Origin: Eledone cirrhosa
Taxonomy: Eukaryota
Assembly (NCBI GenBank): GCA_964016885.1
Contig: OZ024741.1
Span: 344,224,001 to 344,288,000 of the forward strand
Reading direction: 5' to 3'
Length of the DNA: 64,000 bases
Shown: positions 1 through 12,791 of the stretch, in pieces
Numbering within the stretch: the stretch's first letter is position 1
Layout: each line of letters starts with the position of its first letter
Notes under the pieces: model-generated
What the model was told of the DNA's origin: nothing
The model's input: only the letters and a program-made list of their open reading frames with translations
The model's database searches: none
Translations under genes and position numbers: made by a program

Positions 1-289
1 CGCATACATATGCATACACAAACATAGATATATGTATACATACCTACATACGCACACACACAAATAATTATAAGAAAAAAATATAATAAAAATACCGTCA
101 CATAAGAATGAAAATATATGTAAAAATTATTATCAAGTTGACAGCGATACAGGCAACAAATAAATGAACAAACACACGTGGTAAGCAATACACACAATTG
201 CACATACACACATAAAAATAAATACATACACACACACACACATACACATACATATACATATACACATACATTCACATACACATATACAT

Positions 290-326
<37 letters not shown>

Positions 327-499
327 CACAAATGCATATACATACATACAAATACATACAAACACATACACATACATACAAATACATACACACACATGTA
401 TGTGTGTAAAACTCTTTCTTAGAAGTATTCATTGAACCTTGTTTAACTCTTAAATATATATATACATATATATATACATACACATATCTATCTATCTAA

Positions 500-728
500 G
501 GCGGGTAAAATTCCCGAGATCCATGAACGAGTTCTCTCCAGCAGTCTCTGTCCCTCATTATCGCTGCCATGTCCTGTGTCTCCAACAGACCAGTGTCTGT
601 CCTTAGGGCATCAACATACGTTAACCTTGGTTTTCATCTTCTAGTGTGTCCATGTAGGGCTCCCAAAGGAGCACTGAGTGCAATGTCAACTCTGGATGTC
701 GGTGAGCATGTCCAGCTAACCTCAGTGA
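500..728 (-). mobile_element. RTE-clade LINE 3' fragment (decayed)
   Basis: Manual minus-strand translation gives LRLAGHAHRHPEL..VLLWEP/HGHTRR*KPRLTYVDALRTDTG..MRDRDCWRELV, the typical RTE ORF C-terminus; contains a frameshift and a stop. Confidence 0.7.
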
Positions 729-807
729 CACATATATATATATATATATATACTATCAATAATAATGAGTTCAAAACTCAGGCAGTCTTTTACAATGAAA
801 TGTTGAT

Positions 808-2192
808 ATGTTGGTAGAAAGGACTAGAAAACTATTGCACAAAACATTCAAAAACTTTAACCTTAGTATTACCATGGACAAAAACACCAAAAACGTCAAC
901 TTCCTAGACGCCACACTCTACTTAGACTCAATGATATATGCACCTTTCCACAAACCTAATGAAAAACTCATCTACGTAGATACCAAGTCTAACCACCCTA
1001 AATCTATATTGAACTCTATCTCTAAGGGAGTATCTAATAGAATCTCTAATCTATCCTATGACATAAACACATTTAACAATAACTCGCAGTATTATAATCA
1101 GGCATTAGCTAGATCAGGCCATAATACAGGGATAGTGTTCCTACCTACAAAAACACATAGCTACAGCATCATTTCACACAACATGTCCATGGGAAAATTT
1201 AACAATAGGAATAGCAACTGCACACACACTAATAGGGATTGTAACAACAAGAGTAACCCGCACCACAGAAATGACCATAGGAACATTAAAGGAAACAAAT
1301 CACCAGACATAAAAAACAGAAATAGAAGAAGAAATAATACATTTTTCAACCCTCCTTTCAATTTAAACGTCTCTACCAACCTTCCTAGGGCTTTCTTCTC
1401 ACTACTAGATAAACACTTCCCATCCGGCCACAGGTACCACGGCCTTTTAAACAAAAACACTATTAAGATCTCATACTCTACTACGCCTAACTTAGCATAC
1501 CACATAGCTAGTACAAATAAAAGAAAAATTAATTCTTACTTCAAACAAACTAAATCACAACAGTCGATAAACCTTCAAAATAACATTCAAAATAACAGTC
1601 AAAGTAACATTATAACAAATAACCGTAATATCAATGGAAATAATAGTAATAGCACTAGTGGAAACATTAACGCTGCGTACCACAACCCGCATAACCATAA
1701 CCCTATAGCTAACCTCCAAACTTCTACACAGCATAGTAACCGGCAGACTAGCACCCAGAGTAATTGTAACTGTAGATCAAGTAGAACCTGCCCTTTAGAT
1801 AAAAAATGCTTAACCAAGGATATCATATACTCATGTCAGTCACAACTAACAGCTCTTCTGAAACCTACATAGGCTCCACTTCTAACTGCTTCAAAACTAG
1901 ATACAATTCGCACCTCCACTCTTTCAAAAAACACAGTCTAGCCAACTCCACTTCACTATCTAGCTACATACACTATCTAAAAACTAAAAATAAAATATAT
2001 ACACTTAAATGGGAAGTGGTAGGTAGTGCAACATCGTACAAACCTCCTGATAAATTTTGTAACCTCTGTCTACTAGAGACCCATACTATCATCTTCTTTA
2101 AACAAAATCTCCTTAATAAAAAATCAGAAGTGTTCGCAAATTGCCAACACCGCTTCCGACACTCGTTCCAAAACTTTAAACCCTATATATAA
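808..2192 (+). pseudogene. 5'-truncated Penelope-like element ORF: RT thumb + Cys-rich linker + GIY-YIG endonuclease, frameshifted near 1845
   Basis: ORFs 808-1872 and 1806-2192: NFLDATL, YVDTKSNHP, FFNPPF, CNCRSSRTCPLDKKCL-KDIIY, TYIGSTSNCFKTRYNSH, CNLCLLE, LLNKKSE..CQHR; Asn-rich inserts. The 3' UTR runs to about 3815. Confidence 0.9.
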
Positions 2193-3733
2193 TAATGTCA
2201 GACTGGAACCGGCACCACCCCTAGCAATTAACATCAGTAGCACACCTTACACCTCACATCCACACCCATCTCTATACTCTAAAGATAATACTGACAGCAT
2301 TTTAGTACCACCTACCCTGGGAATACCCCCTTGTACCTCTAATACTGATATCTCGACCGTGGACTACTTATTCTGCATTGCACAAATATAAGATTAGTAT
2401 AAATTGGGGACACGGTACTGGTTGCGATAGCATAGTCCTGTGCATGGATTACCACCAAGAGATAGATTGATGATTAGATAGATAATCGTATTGTTAAGTG
2501 ATTATATACTGTAAGCGATCAGTTCATTGAATTATGCACGTAATCATCTTGATGTGGACTCCTTTAATACCTATTAATAGACTTCACTCTAGCTTGGAGA
2601 TGTGATACATAATTGATTTATATTTGAGACGGGGGTTGTCTATTGCTTGATGGCCAGACTAGTGCATTTATATGAGAGATTGGATCTCCGGACCATACCG
2701 AAGATTTACTGGAGATGCAGGCAAGCAATGACCCGGAGCCTACCGGGTGGCATATATAATAGTGGGACCATACCAGGTCCTACTGTTATATTACATCTGC
2801 ATGGAGCAGTGACTTGAGAGTCTGACTCCTCTTATGGAACGTTCAGATATGACACCCCTTAATTAATGGATGGTAATCATCCTAATATATACACCCTTGT
2901 ACTTCTTAATGGACAACTCTCTAACCTATAAATGGGTAACATACTCTAGATATTAGTTATAACTTCACATGATAGGCACGTATTTGAATCACCATTAATG
3001 TAGTTTAGCATAGTAATGTAACTAAGATAACTAGCTAGTTACCTCCCCTTACGCATTAATTCCCCTTAGTCATTCAGGCAATTCCGGAATCTGGACAGCA
3101 TGATATATTAATTAAGAACCGACTGGATACGGTTTATAGCTTGACTATATGCTGAACCACTGCGAATTATACGATAGACGCGTGTTCTCTATATATATAT
3201 TGCGTCTCATGGATTATGTGAGTGGTGGTGTGAGCAAGGACAGTGGTACGATCTTGCCTACGGTAAAATAAGGTTTATAGTATGTGGAAGGTTTTTGATA
3301 TTTTGGCGTTTCCCCGCATCCGAGACTGTATATCATACAGATGTATGACAATAAATGACTTAATAATTCAGCCTATATAATAAGATCGATTGCCTGCTTC
3401 AGCTGCCTGACCCTGCAAATATCATTCTGACGCACTCTAATCATGTATAGATAAGACACGCGTGCATGCTACACGGGAGATTGTTTCATACACTGACTAC
3501 TCTAAGCTTTCGTCTTGCTTTATCTTCATAGACTGCCAACACTTCATGTTTATCTTTATTTTCACTCTTATTTTCACTCTTGTTTTTATTTTATTTTATT
3601 TTTATCCTGTAACCTTTATATGTAAACTGCCATGCTATATCATTTGATGAATGTCACCCCACTGTTGATCAATATGCGCATATGTTTTATGTGTCTCTTG
3701 GGTTGAAAAGGAGGTCAAGTATGTTATAAATAG

Positions 3734-3782
3734 TTGCTCCGAAGAATCCAAACCTCGGTTTGGAGGAAACAATTGTAAGCAA
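3734..3782 (+). ncRNA. Type I hammerhead ribozyme at PLE 3' end (U4C core variant)
   Basis: ttgct-CCGAAGA-a-tccaaac(ctcg)gtttgga-g-GAAAC-aatt-GTA-agcaa: stem I ttgct/agcaa, 7-bp stem II, palindromic stem III ACAATTGT. Confidence 0.75.
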
Positions 3783-3816
3783 ATAAATGACTTAAACTGA
3801 ACTTTGATTACTGTAA

Positions 3817-3852
<36 letters not shown>

Positions 3853-4085
3853 CATATACACACACACACATATATAAGAAAATACATAAATATTATATAT
3901 ATATAAAAATAAAAAGGTGAAAGGGGTAAACAATTAGTTGGGAATACGACAAATAATAAATAAATAAATAATTAGAAAAGGGTATAAATGTTTATAGCTG
4001 ATTTAGAGCACTCAACATTTTCCTGGTGCAAATGATCAATGAAAATAAGCATTAAATCACTGTATGTAATTATGCATATACACAC

Positions 4086-4150
<65 letters not shown>

Positions 4151-4321
4151 ACCATGCAAATACACACATATATACATACATATACATACATATACGTATA
4201 TATATATATATATATAAATATAGGAAAAAGTATGAACCCGACGCAGAGCACAAGCCGTTTCTGAGGCTATTATATATATACACACATAAACAATTATATA
4301 AAAATACACACACACAAATAT

Positions 4322-4398
<77 letters not shown>

Positions 4399-4401
<3 letters not shown>

Positions 4402-5004
4402 CGTTTCTGAATTTGTTTAGCAAGATTCTTTATCTGAAAACGTGTGTTGAAACTGATATTGTTATACTTTGGGAGGGTCATGTTGCCAATAAGAAACACA
4501 CGCACCAATTGCTTTCACTTCAATTTATTATAATAAATTTATAAATTTTGGATTTTATAAATTTCTGGTTGGTTGGTTGGTTCTACAACCAGATAGTTGT
4601 TTATATATTGTCAAAGTTCTTTCGTCACACATTCTGTGACCTCTTCAGTGACTGGGGATTCTTTTCTTTGTTTTTGTGCCTCTCCTTTGTTCTATCCTAC
4701 ACCATTTTGTTTCTGTGTGTGTGTTGTGTGCTCAGTCTGCGCATGCGCCACATCCGGGTGTCTGTGTGTGTTTATATTCGTTTATTTATTTGTTTATTTA
4801 CATGTTACCGGTTGGTTGTTTGTTCTATGTGCGTGTGTATTTTCATTTTGTCCTTAATTGTAAGTTGTGATGTTGCTGTTCCACTCATATTTTCTATTTA
4901 ATTTTGGTTGTATTTCTTTTATGTTTATTATAATAAATTGAAGTGAAAGCAACTGGTGCGTGTGTTTCTTATTGGCAACATCACCCTCCCAAAGTATAAC
5001 AATA
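4399..5004 (-). mobile_element. Non-autonomous PLE derivative with inverted terminal segment, between (TA)n tracts
   Basis: ~4457-4538 is the reverse complement of ~4924-5004, with a ~58-nt extra tail at left. Same family as 37294-37765; termini resemble those of the PLE at 17749-21440. Confidence 0.8.
4610..4652 (-). ncRNA. Minimal hammerhead ribozyme
   Basis: Minus strand: gtca-CTGAAGA-g-gtcaca(gaatg)tgtgac-GAAAG-aa-CTT-tgac. Confidence 0.65.
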
Positions 5005-5182
5005 TATATATATATATATATATATTGGAATAAATGCTCTGAAATAGCGATATATATGTGAATATAGACATAGAATATTCGAAAATATTCTGTATGTTTA
5101 TAATAAACATTTTGAAGACCTAATCGCTATAGAATAGAATACGTCACGTATTACAATTAGATTCTCGATAAAAGCAAGGGAA

Positions 5183-6155
5183 GTAATCTACGCGTTTCAT
5201 TCTTGTTAGAAATCATCAGGACTACATATCCAGTGCTTTTATCGAGAATGACACAGCTAGAGACTTATAGAATACTTAGCTGTGTACAGGAACTGGTTTG
5301 AAAGAGCGGTTGCCGGTCCGGCAGAAATTAGAAATTGGAATAAATGCTCTGAAATAGCGATATATATGTGAATATAGACATAGAATATTCGAAAATATTC
5401 TGTATGTTTATAATAAACATTTTGAAGACCTAATCGCTATAGAATAGAATACGTCACGTATTACAATTAGATTCTCGATAAAAGCAAGGGAAGTAATCTA
5501 CGCGTTTCATTCTTGTTAGAAATCATCAGGACTACATATCCAGTGCTTTTATCGAGAATGACACAGCTAGAGACTTATAGAATACTTAGCTGTGTACAGG
5601 AACTGGTTTGAAAGAGCGGTTGCCGGTCCGGCAGAAATTAGAAATTGGAATAAATGCTCTGAAATAGCGATATATATGTGAATATAGACATAGAATATTC
5701 GAAAATATTCTGTATGTTTATAATAAACATTTTGAAGACCTAATCGCTATAGAATAGAATACGTCACGTATTACAATTAGATTCTCGATAAAAGCAAGGG
5801 AAGTAATCTACGCGTTTCATTCTTGTTAGAAATCATCAGGACTACATATCCAGTGCTTTTATCGAGAATGACACAGCTAGAGACTTATAGAATACTTAGC
5901 TGTGTACAGGAACTGGTTTGAAAGAGCGGTTGCCGGTCCGGCAGAAATTAGAAATTGGAATAAATGCTCTGAAATAGCGATATATATGTGAATATAGACA
6001 TAGAATATTCGAAAATATTCTGTATGTTTATAATAAACATTTTGAAGACCTAGTCGCTATAGAATAGAATACGTCACGTATTACAATTAGATTCTCGATA
6101 AAAGCAAGGGAAGTAATCTACGCGTTTCATTCTTGTTAGAAATCATCAGGACTAC
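5183..6155 (-). ncRNA. Four hammerhead ribozyme copies (5183-5225, 5493-5535, 5803-5845, 6113-6155)
   Basis: Reverse complement of the motif described for 6619-6661, one per unit. Confidence 0.85.
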
Positions 6156-6618
6156 ATATCCAGTGCTTTTATCGAGAATGACACAGCTAGAGACTTATAG
6201 AATACTTAGCTGTGTACAGGAACTGGTTTGAAAGAGCGGTTGCCGGTCCGGCAGAAATTAGAAATTGGAATAAATGCTCTGAAATAGCGATATATATGTG
6301 AATATAGACATAGAATATTCGAAAATATTCTGTATGTTTATAATAGATTACTTCCCTTGCTTTTATCGAGAATCTAATTGTAATACGTGACGTATTCTAT
6401 TCTATAGCGATTAGGTCTTCAAAATGTTTATTATAAACATACAGAATATTTTCGAATATTCTATGTCTATATTCACATATATATCGCTATTTCAGAGCAT
6501 TTATTCCAACTTCTAATTTCTGCCGGACCGGCAACCGCTCTTTCAAACCAGTTCCTGTACACAGCTAAGTATTCTATAAGTCTCTAGCTGTGTCATTCTC
6601 GATAAAAGCACTGGATAT

Positions 6619-9141
6619 GTAGTCCTGATGATTTCTAACAAGAATGAAACGCGTAGATTACTTCCCTTGCTTTTATCGAGAATCTAATTGTAATACGTGA
6701 CGTATTCTATTCTATAGCGATTAGGTCTTCAAAATGTTTATTATAAACATACAGAATATTTTCGAATATTCTATGTCTATATTCACATATATATCGCTAT
6801 TTCAGAGCATTTATTCCAATTTCTAATTTCTGCCGGACCGGCAACCGCTCTTTCAAACCAGTTCCTGTACACAGCTAAGTATTCTATAAGTCTCTAGCTG
6901 TGTCATTCTCGATAAAAGCACTGGATATGTAGTCCTGATGATTTCTAACAAGAATGAAACGCGTAGATTACTTCCCTTGCTTTTATCGAGAATCTAATTG
7001 TAATACGTGACGTATTCTATTCTATAGCGATTAGGTCTTCAAAATGTTTATTATAAACATACAGAATATTTTCGAATATTCTATGTCTATATTCACATAT
7101 ATATCGCTATTTCAGAGCATTTATTCCAATTTCTAATTTCTGCCGGACCGGCAACCGCTCTTTCAAACCAGTTCCTGTACACAGCTAAGTATTCTATAAG
7201 TCTCTAGCTGTGTCATTCTCGATAAAAGCACTGGATATGTAGTCCTGATGATTTCTAACAAGAATGAAACGCGTAGATTACTTCCCTTGCTTTTATCGAG
7301 AATCTAATTGTAATACGTGACGTATTCTATTCTATAGCGATTAGGTCTTCAAAATGTTTATTATAAACATACAGAATATTTTCGAATATTCTATGTCTAT
7401 ATTCACATATATATCGCTATTTCAGAGCATTTATTCCAATTTCTAATTTCTGCCGGACCGGCAACCGCTCTTTCAAACCAGTTCCTGTACACAGCTAAGT
7501 ATTCTATAAGTCTCTAGCTGTGTCATTCTCGATAAAAGCACTGGATATGTAGTCCTGATGATTTCTAACAAGAATGAAACGCGTAGATTACTTCCCTTGC
7601 TTTTATCGAGAATCTAATTGTAATACGTGACGTATTCTATTCTATAGCGATTAGGTCTTCAAAATGTTTATTATAAACATACAGAATATTTTCGAATATT
7701 CTATGTCTATATTCACATATATATCGCTATTTCAGAGCATTTATTCCAATTTCTAATTTCTGCCGGACCGGCAACCGCTCTTTCAAACCAGTTCCTGTAC
7801 ACAGCTAAGTATTCTATAAGTCTCTAGCTGTGTCATTCTCGATAAAAGCACTGGATATGTAGTCCTGATGATTTCTAACAAGAATGAAACGCGTAGATTA
7901 CTTCCCTTGCTTTTATCGAGAATCTAATTGTAATACGTGACTTATTCTATTCTATAGCGATTAGGTCTTCAAAATGTTTATTATAAACATACAGAATATT
8001 TTCGAATATTCTATGTCTATATTCACATATATATCGCTATTTCAGAGCATTTATTCCAATTTCTAATTTCTGCCGGACCGGCAACCGCTCTTTCAAACCA
8101 GTTCCTGTACACAGCTAAGTATTCTATAAGTCTCTAGCTGTGTCATTCTCGATAAAAGCACTGGATATGTAGTCCTGATGATTTCTAACAAGAATGAAAC
8201 GCGTAGATTACTTCCCTTGCTTTTATCGAGAATCTAATTGTAATACGTGACGTATTCTATTCTATAGCGATTAGGTCTTCAAAATGTTTATTATAAACAT
8301 ACAGAATATTTTCGAATATTCTATGTCTATATTCACATATATATCGCTATTTCAGAGCATTTATTCCAATTTCTAATTTCTGCCGGACCGGCAACCGCTC
8401 TTTCAAACCAGTTCCTGTACACAGCTAAGTATTCTATAAGTCTCTAGCTGTGTCATTCTCGATAAAAGCACTGGATATGTAGTCCTGATGATTTCTAACA
8501 AGAATGAAACGCGTAGATTACTTCCCTTGCTTTTATCGAGAATCTAATTGTAATACGTGACGTATTCTATTCTATAGCGATTAGGTCTTCAAAATGTTTA
8601 TTATAAACATACAGAATATTTTCGAATATTCTATGTCTATATTCACATATATATCGCTATTTCAGAGCATTTATTCCAATTTCTAATTTCTGCCGGACCG
8701 GCAACCGCTCTTTCAAACCAGTTCCTGTACACAGCTAAGTATTCTATAAGTCTCTAGCTGTGTCATTCTCGATAAAAGCACTGGATATGTAGTCCTGATG
8801 ATTTCTAACAAGAATGAAACGCGTAGATTACTTCCCTTGCTTTTATCGAGAATCTAATTGTAATACGTGACTTATTCTATTCTATAGCGATTAGGTCTTC
8901 AAAATGTTTATTATAAACATACAGAATATTTTCGAATATTCTATGTCTATATTCACATATATATCGCTATTTCAGAGCATTTATTCCAATTTCTAATTTC
9001 TGCCGGACCGGCAACCGCTCTTTCAAACCAGTTCCTGTACACAGCTAAGTATTCTATAAGTCTCTAGCTGTGTCATTCTCGATAAAAGCACTGGATATGT
9101 AGTCCTGATGATTTCTAACAAGAATGAAACGCGTAGATTAC
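6619..9141 (+). ncRNA. Nine hammerhead ribozyme copies (6619-6661, then every 310 bp to 9099-9141)
   Basis: gtagtc-CTGATGA-t-ttct(aaca)agaa-t-GAAAC-gc-GTA^gattac: stem I gtagtc/gattac, intact core, palindromic stem III ACGCGT, GUA cleavage triplet. Confidence 0.88.
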
Positions 9142-9259
9142 TTCCCTTGCTTTTATCGAGAATCTAATTGTAATACGTGACGTATTCTATTCTATAGCGA
9201 TTAGGTCTTCAAAATGTTTATTATAAACATACAGAATATTTTCGAATATTCTATGTCTA

Positions 9260-9290
<31 letters not shown>

Positions 9291-9298
<8 letters not shown>

Positions 9299-10135
9299 AA
9301 GTTTGCCCTTCATCAGTGATCTTCCAACCATCATAGGCATTTCAACGCTTTAAAGACCATATACCTCCGGTTGGTGCGAGCAACGGCTAAAAAAAGTCGT
9401 TGGGACACGTAAATAAAGGGGACGCGTGGGTAAACAAACAAAGATGGTTGGAAGATCACTGATGAAGGACAAACTTTTTCATATGTAACCCATTTGCAAC
9501 GCCGCAGCTCCATTATTATCATATTTACACATATATTTTTTCCTCTGCTGCTACCCGTCTGTTTCCTTCTTTGTATCTTTACCCTTTCTAGCAGTCTCTC
9601 TCTCTGTTAGCCTCTTCCTCACCCTTCACTCACTCATTCTCTGTCACTACCTCTTCTCCTCCTCTTTCTTCCCGTTTGACCTGTGTGTGATTCTTTTCTC
9701 TCGCACGCTGGCCAAGCTGGTATGAATTTTTTTTCTTTCTCTCGTCTACGATTTCACAGAACTTATGTTTACCGAATTCGCAGACCAGACCCCTTCTTCC
9801 CCCCGTTATACCTGTGCGAAATTCCTTCCTTGCTCACATTTCAACCAGGTTTGATGGTCTTTATTCTCTCGTTCACGATTTCACCGAATTTAAATTCATA
9901 GAAATCTGGGACTTGTCTCTTTCTTCATCACTTTCTGTTGCTTAAACCATTTTGTTTGTTTACCCTCGCGTCTCCTTTATTTACGTGTCCCAACCACTTT
10001 TTCTAGCCGTTGCTCGCACCAACCGGAGGTATATGGTCTTTAAAGCGATGAAATGCCTATGATGGTTGGAAGATCACTGATGAAGGACAAACTTTTTCAT
10101 ATGTAACCCATTTGCAACGCCGCAGCTCTATTATT

Positions 10136-10140
<5 letters not shown>
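9291..10140 (+). mobile_element. Non-autonomous PLE-type element with inverted plus direct terminal repeats
   Basis: 9291-9441 is the reverse complement of ~9952-10102, and 9443-9522 is directly repeated at ~10062-10140. Contains CTGATGA; (TA)n flanks. Related fragment at ~45962-46088 (-). Confidence 0.75.
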
Positions 10141-10190
<50 letters not shown>

Positions 10191-10536
10191 CGGTAATAAC
10201 TTGGTAAAGATATCGGTAGGACGAGTTTTGATATAATTATTAAACCTAGTTATTACAACGGCTCCATATCAGTAGTTTACGTTACGTTTTGTTGTGTTGG
10301 GTGGCCAACTGGACTCGTATGTATATATGAAGATCAGGTTGTTCTGTCACGACTCAACAACTCTCCGTGTCTAGGGGGTTAGCGCTTTCTTTTTTGCTTA
10401 CTAGTTTGTTGTTTATGATTATAGGCGGAAGGTCGGAGTTTATAGCCGTATATGTACATAAACGTCTGCTTGTGTGTGGGGGGGGGGGGGCATGAACTAA
10501 AGTCAGGTATAACATCTAAAAGATTACCAATGCCTA

Positions 10537-10544
10537 ATTAGTAA

Positions 10545-10605
<61 letters not shown>

Positions 10606-10609
10606 GGTG

Positions 10610-10672
<63 letters not shown>

Positions 10673-11220
10673 ATGGTGTTGGTAGTGATGTTGGTCTGGT
10701 GGTGCTGGTGGTGCTGGTGGTTGGGGGTAGTGGTGGTGGTGGTGTGGGGGGGTAGTGATGGTGGTGGTGGTGGTGGTGATGGTGATGATGGTGATGGTGG
10801 TCGTGGTGGTGGTGGTGGTGGTGGTGATGGTGGTGATGGTAATGGTGATGGTGGTGGTGGTGATGTGGTGGTCGTGGTGGTGTTGGTGGTGGTGGTGATG
10901 GTGGTGGTGGTGGTCGTCGTCGTCGTGGTGGTCGTGGTGGTGATGGTGCTGGTGGTGGTGGTGATGGTGGTGGTCGTGGTGGTGGTGGTGGTGGTGGTGG
11001 CGGTGGTGGTGGTGGTGGTGGTGATGGTGCTGGTGGTGGTGGTGGTGGTGGTGGTGATGGTGGTGGTGGTGGTGGTGATGGTGGTGGTGGTGATGGTGCT
11101 GGTGGTGGTGGTGGTGGTGGTGGTGGCGGAGGTAGAGTTGTTGTTCTTGTTGGTGGTAGTGGTGGTGATGATAAAGGTGGTTTTGGTGGAGGTGGGTTGG
11201 GGATTAGGTGGTAACATTAT
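10537..11220. repeat. (TAG)n/(GGT)n compound microsatellite
   Basis: Direct reading; explains the poly-V and poly-T ORFs. Confidence 0.95.
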
Positions 11221-11359
11221 TAATGGTGGTGGTAATGGTCGTTGTTATGATACTCATATGTTCAAGAAGAAGAAGGGGGAGGAGGAGGAGGAAGGGGAGG
11301 AGGAGGGGGAAAGAGGAGTAGGAGGGGGTTAGAAGGGTGGAAAATAATAATAATAATAA

Positions 11360-11390
<31 letters not shown>

Positions 11391-11756
11391 AAGAAGAAGA
11401 AGAAGAAGAAGAAGAAGAAGAAGAAGAAAGAGAGAAATAAAGAAGGCTGCAGTAAATATTAACAAGGTGTAAAACCACAAAAATAAGGACAACAACAACA
11501 ACGACAATAACGGCAACAACAAAAACAACAACACCAACTACTACTACAACAATCACAACAACAACAATATTAGTAACAGTGTATATTAGGAAAAGAGAAA
11601 AAGCAATAATGGTTGACATTTTGAGAAATGTCAAATGCGAGGCACGAAGTCTCCATTCAGAGTTAGCAGGATCGTGTCAAACCAGAGTCGTGCAGTACAT
11701 TCGGCGCAGTTCTTTGTTTCATTCGTTTTTCTACACGACGAAAATATGCTCTGCTA

Positions 11757-11766
11757 CATACATACA

Positions 11767-11800
<34 letters not shown>

Positions 11801-11882
11801 CATACATACATACATACATATATACATATATACATACATACATACATACAGACATACATTCATACATACATACATACATACA

Positions 11883-11916
<34 letters not shown>

Positions 11917-12080
11917 CATACATACATTCATACATACATTCATACATACTTACATACATACATGCATACATACATACATATTTACATACATGCATACATA
12001 CATATTTACATACATACATACATATTTGCATACATACATACATACATACATACATACATACATACATACATACATACATA
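11757..12080. repeat. (CATA)n microsatellite
   Basis: Direct reading. Confidence 0.95.
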
Positions 12081-12149
12081 CGTATATATGTATATTCGGA
12101 GGTATACGTATTTCTCTATGCTTGTATATGTATATATAGATATCGATGG

Positions 12150-12180
<31 letters not shown>

Positions 12181-12211
12181 CGTGTGTGTATATACATATA
12201 TAAATAAATAA

Positions 12212-12289
<78 letters not shown>

Positions 12290-12720
12290 ACAGGGAGAAA
12301 GAGACGATTATGAGGAAGAAAAATATTTTTTTTCCTTTTTTGTTTTTCTCTCTCTTTTTTCTGGGTTGGAAAATGATCTTTGTGTGAGGTGTTAAGGTAT
12401 TAGTTGATTTATTTATTATTTAACAATGGCATTTATTTATCTATTTATATATTTAATTATTGTCTATTACCGGTTTCAGAATTTATATGCATTATCAAAT
12501 GATAGTGAAATTTATTAGTGTGGTGTTGCATATGTTAAACAGAATGTGCAGAAAAAATAATGTTATTTACAAACAAGGTTTAAGAAGTGAAAAGAACACA
12601 AGAAAAAGGAAAAAAAAACGTGCATAATGTGGAACGTACAAAGTCAATGTGGAAGAAAAAATGATGTTATTTACAAGCACAGCCATTGAAGTTAAGCAGT
12701 TCAAAATGTGTTATATATAT

Positions 12721-12791
<71 letters not shown>

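Larger units (their letters stand above)
5024..9263. repeat. 310-bp tandem array with internal inversion (retrozyme-like / PLE-derived)
   Basis: Period 310 (gaaatagcga at 5041, 5351, 5661, 5971). About 4.3 units in one orientation (5024-6345) and about 9.4 units inverted (6346-9263). Only isolated substitutions; flanked by (TA)n. Confidence 0.97.

Noticed and set aside
5024-9263. CRISPR array, or 5S/tRNA/snRNA tandem cluster
   Set aside because: No variable spacers and no cas genes. No recognisable 5S, tRNA or snRNA sequence; the HHR explains the structure.
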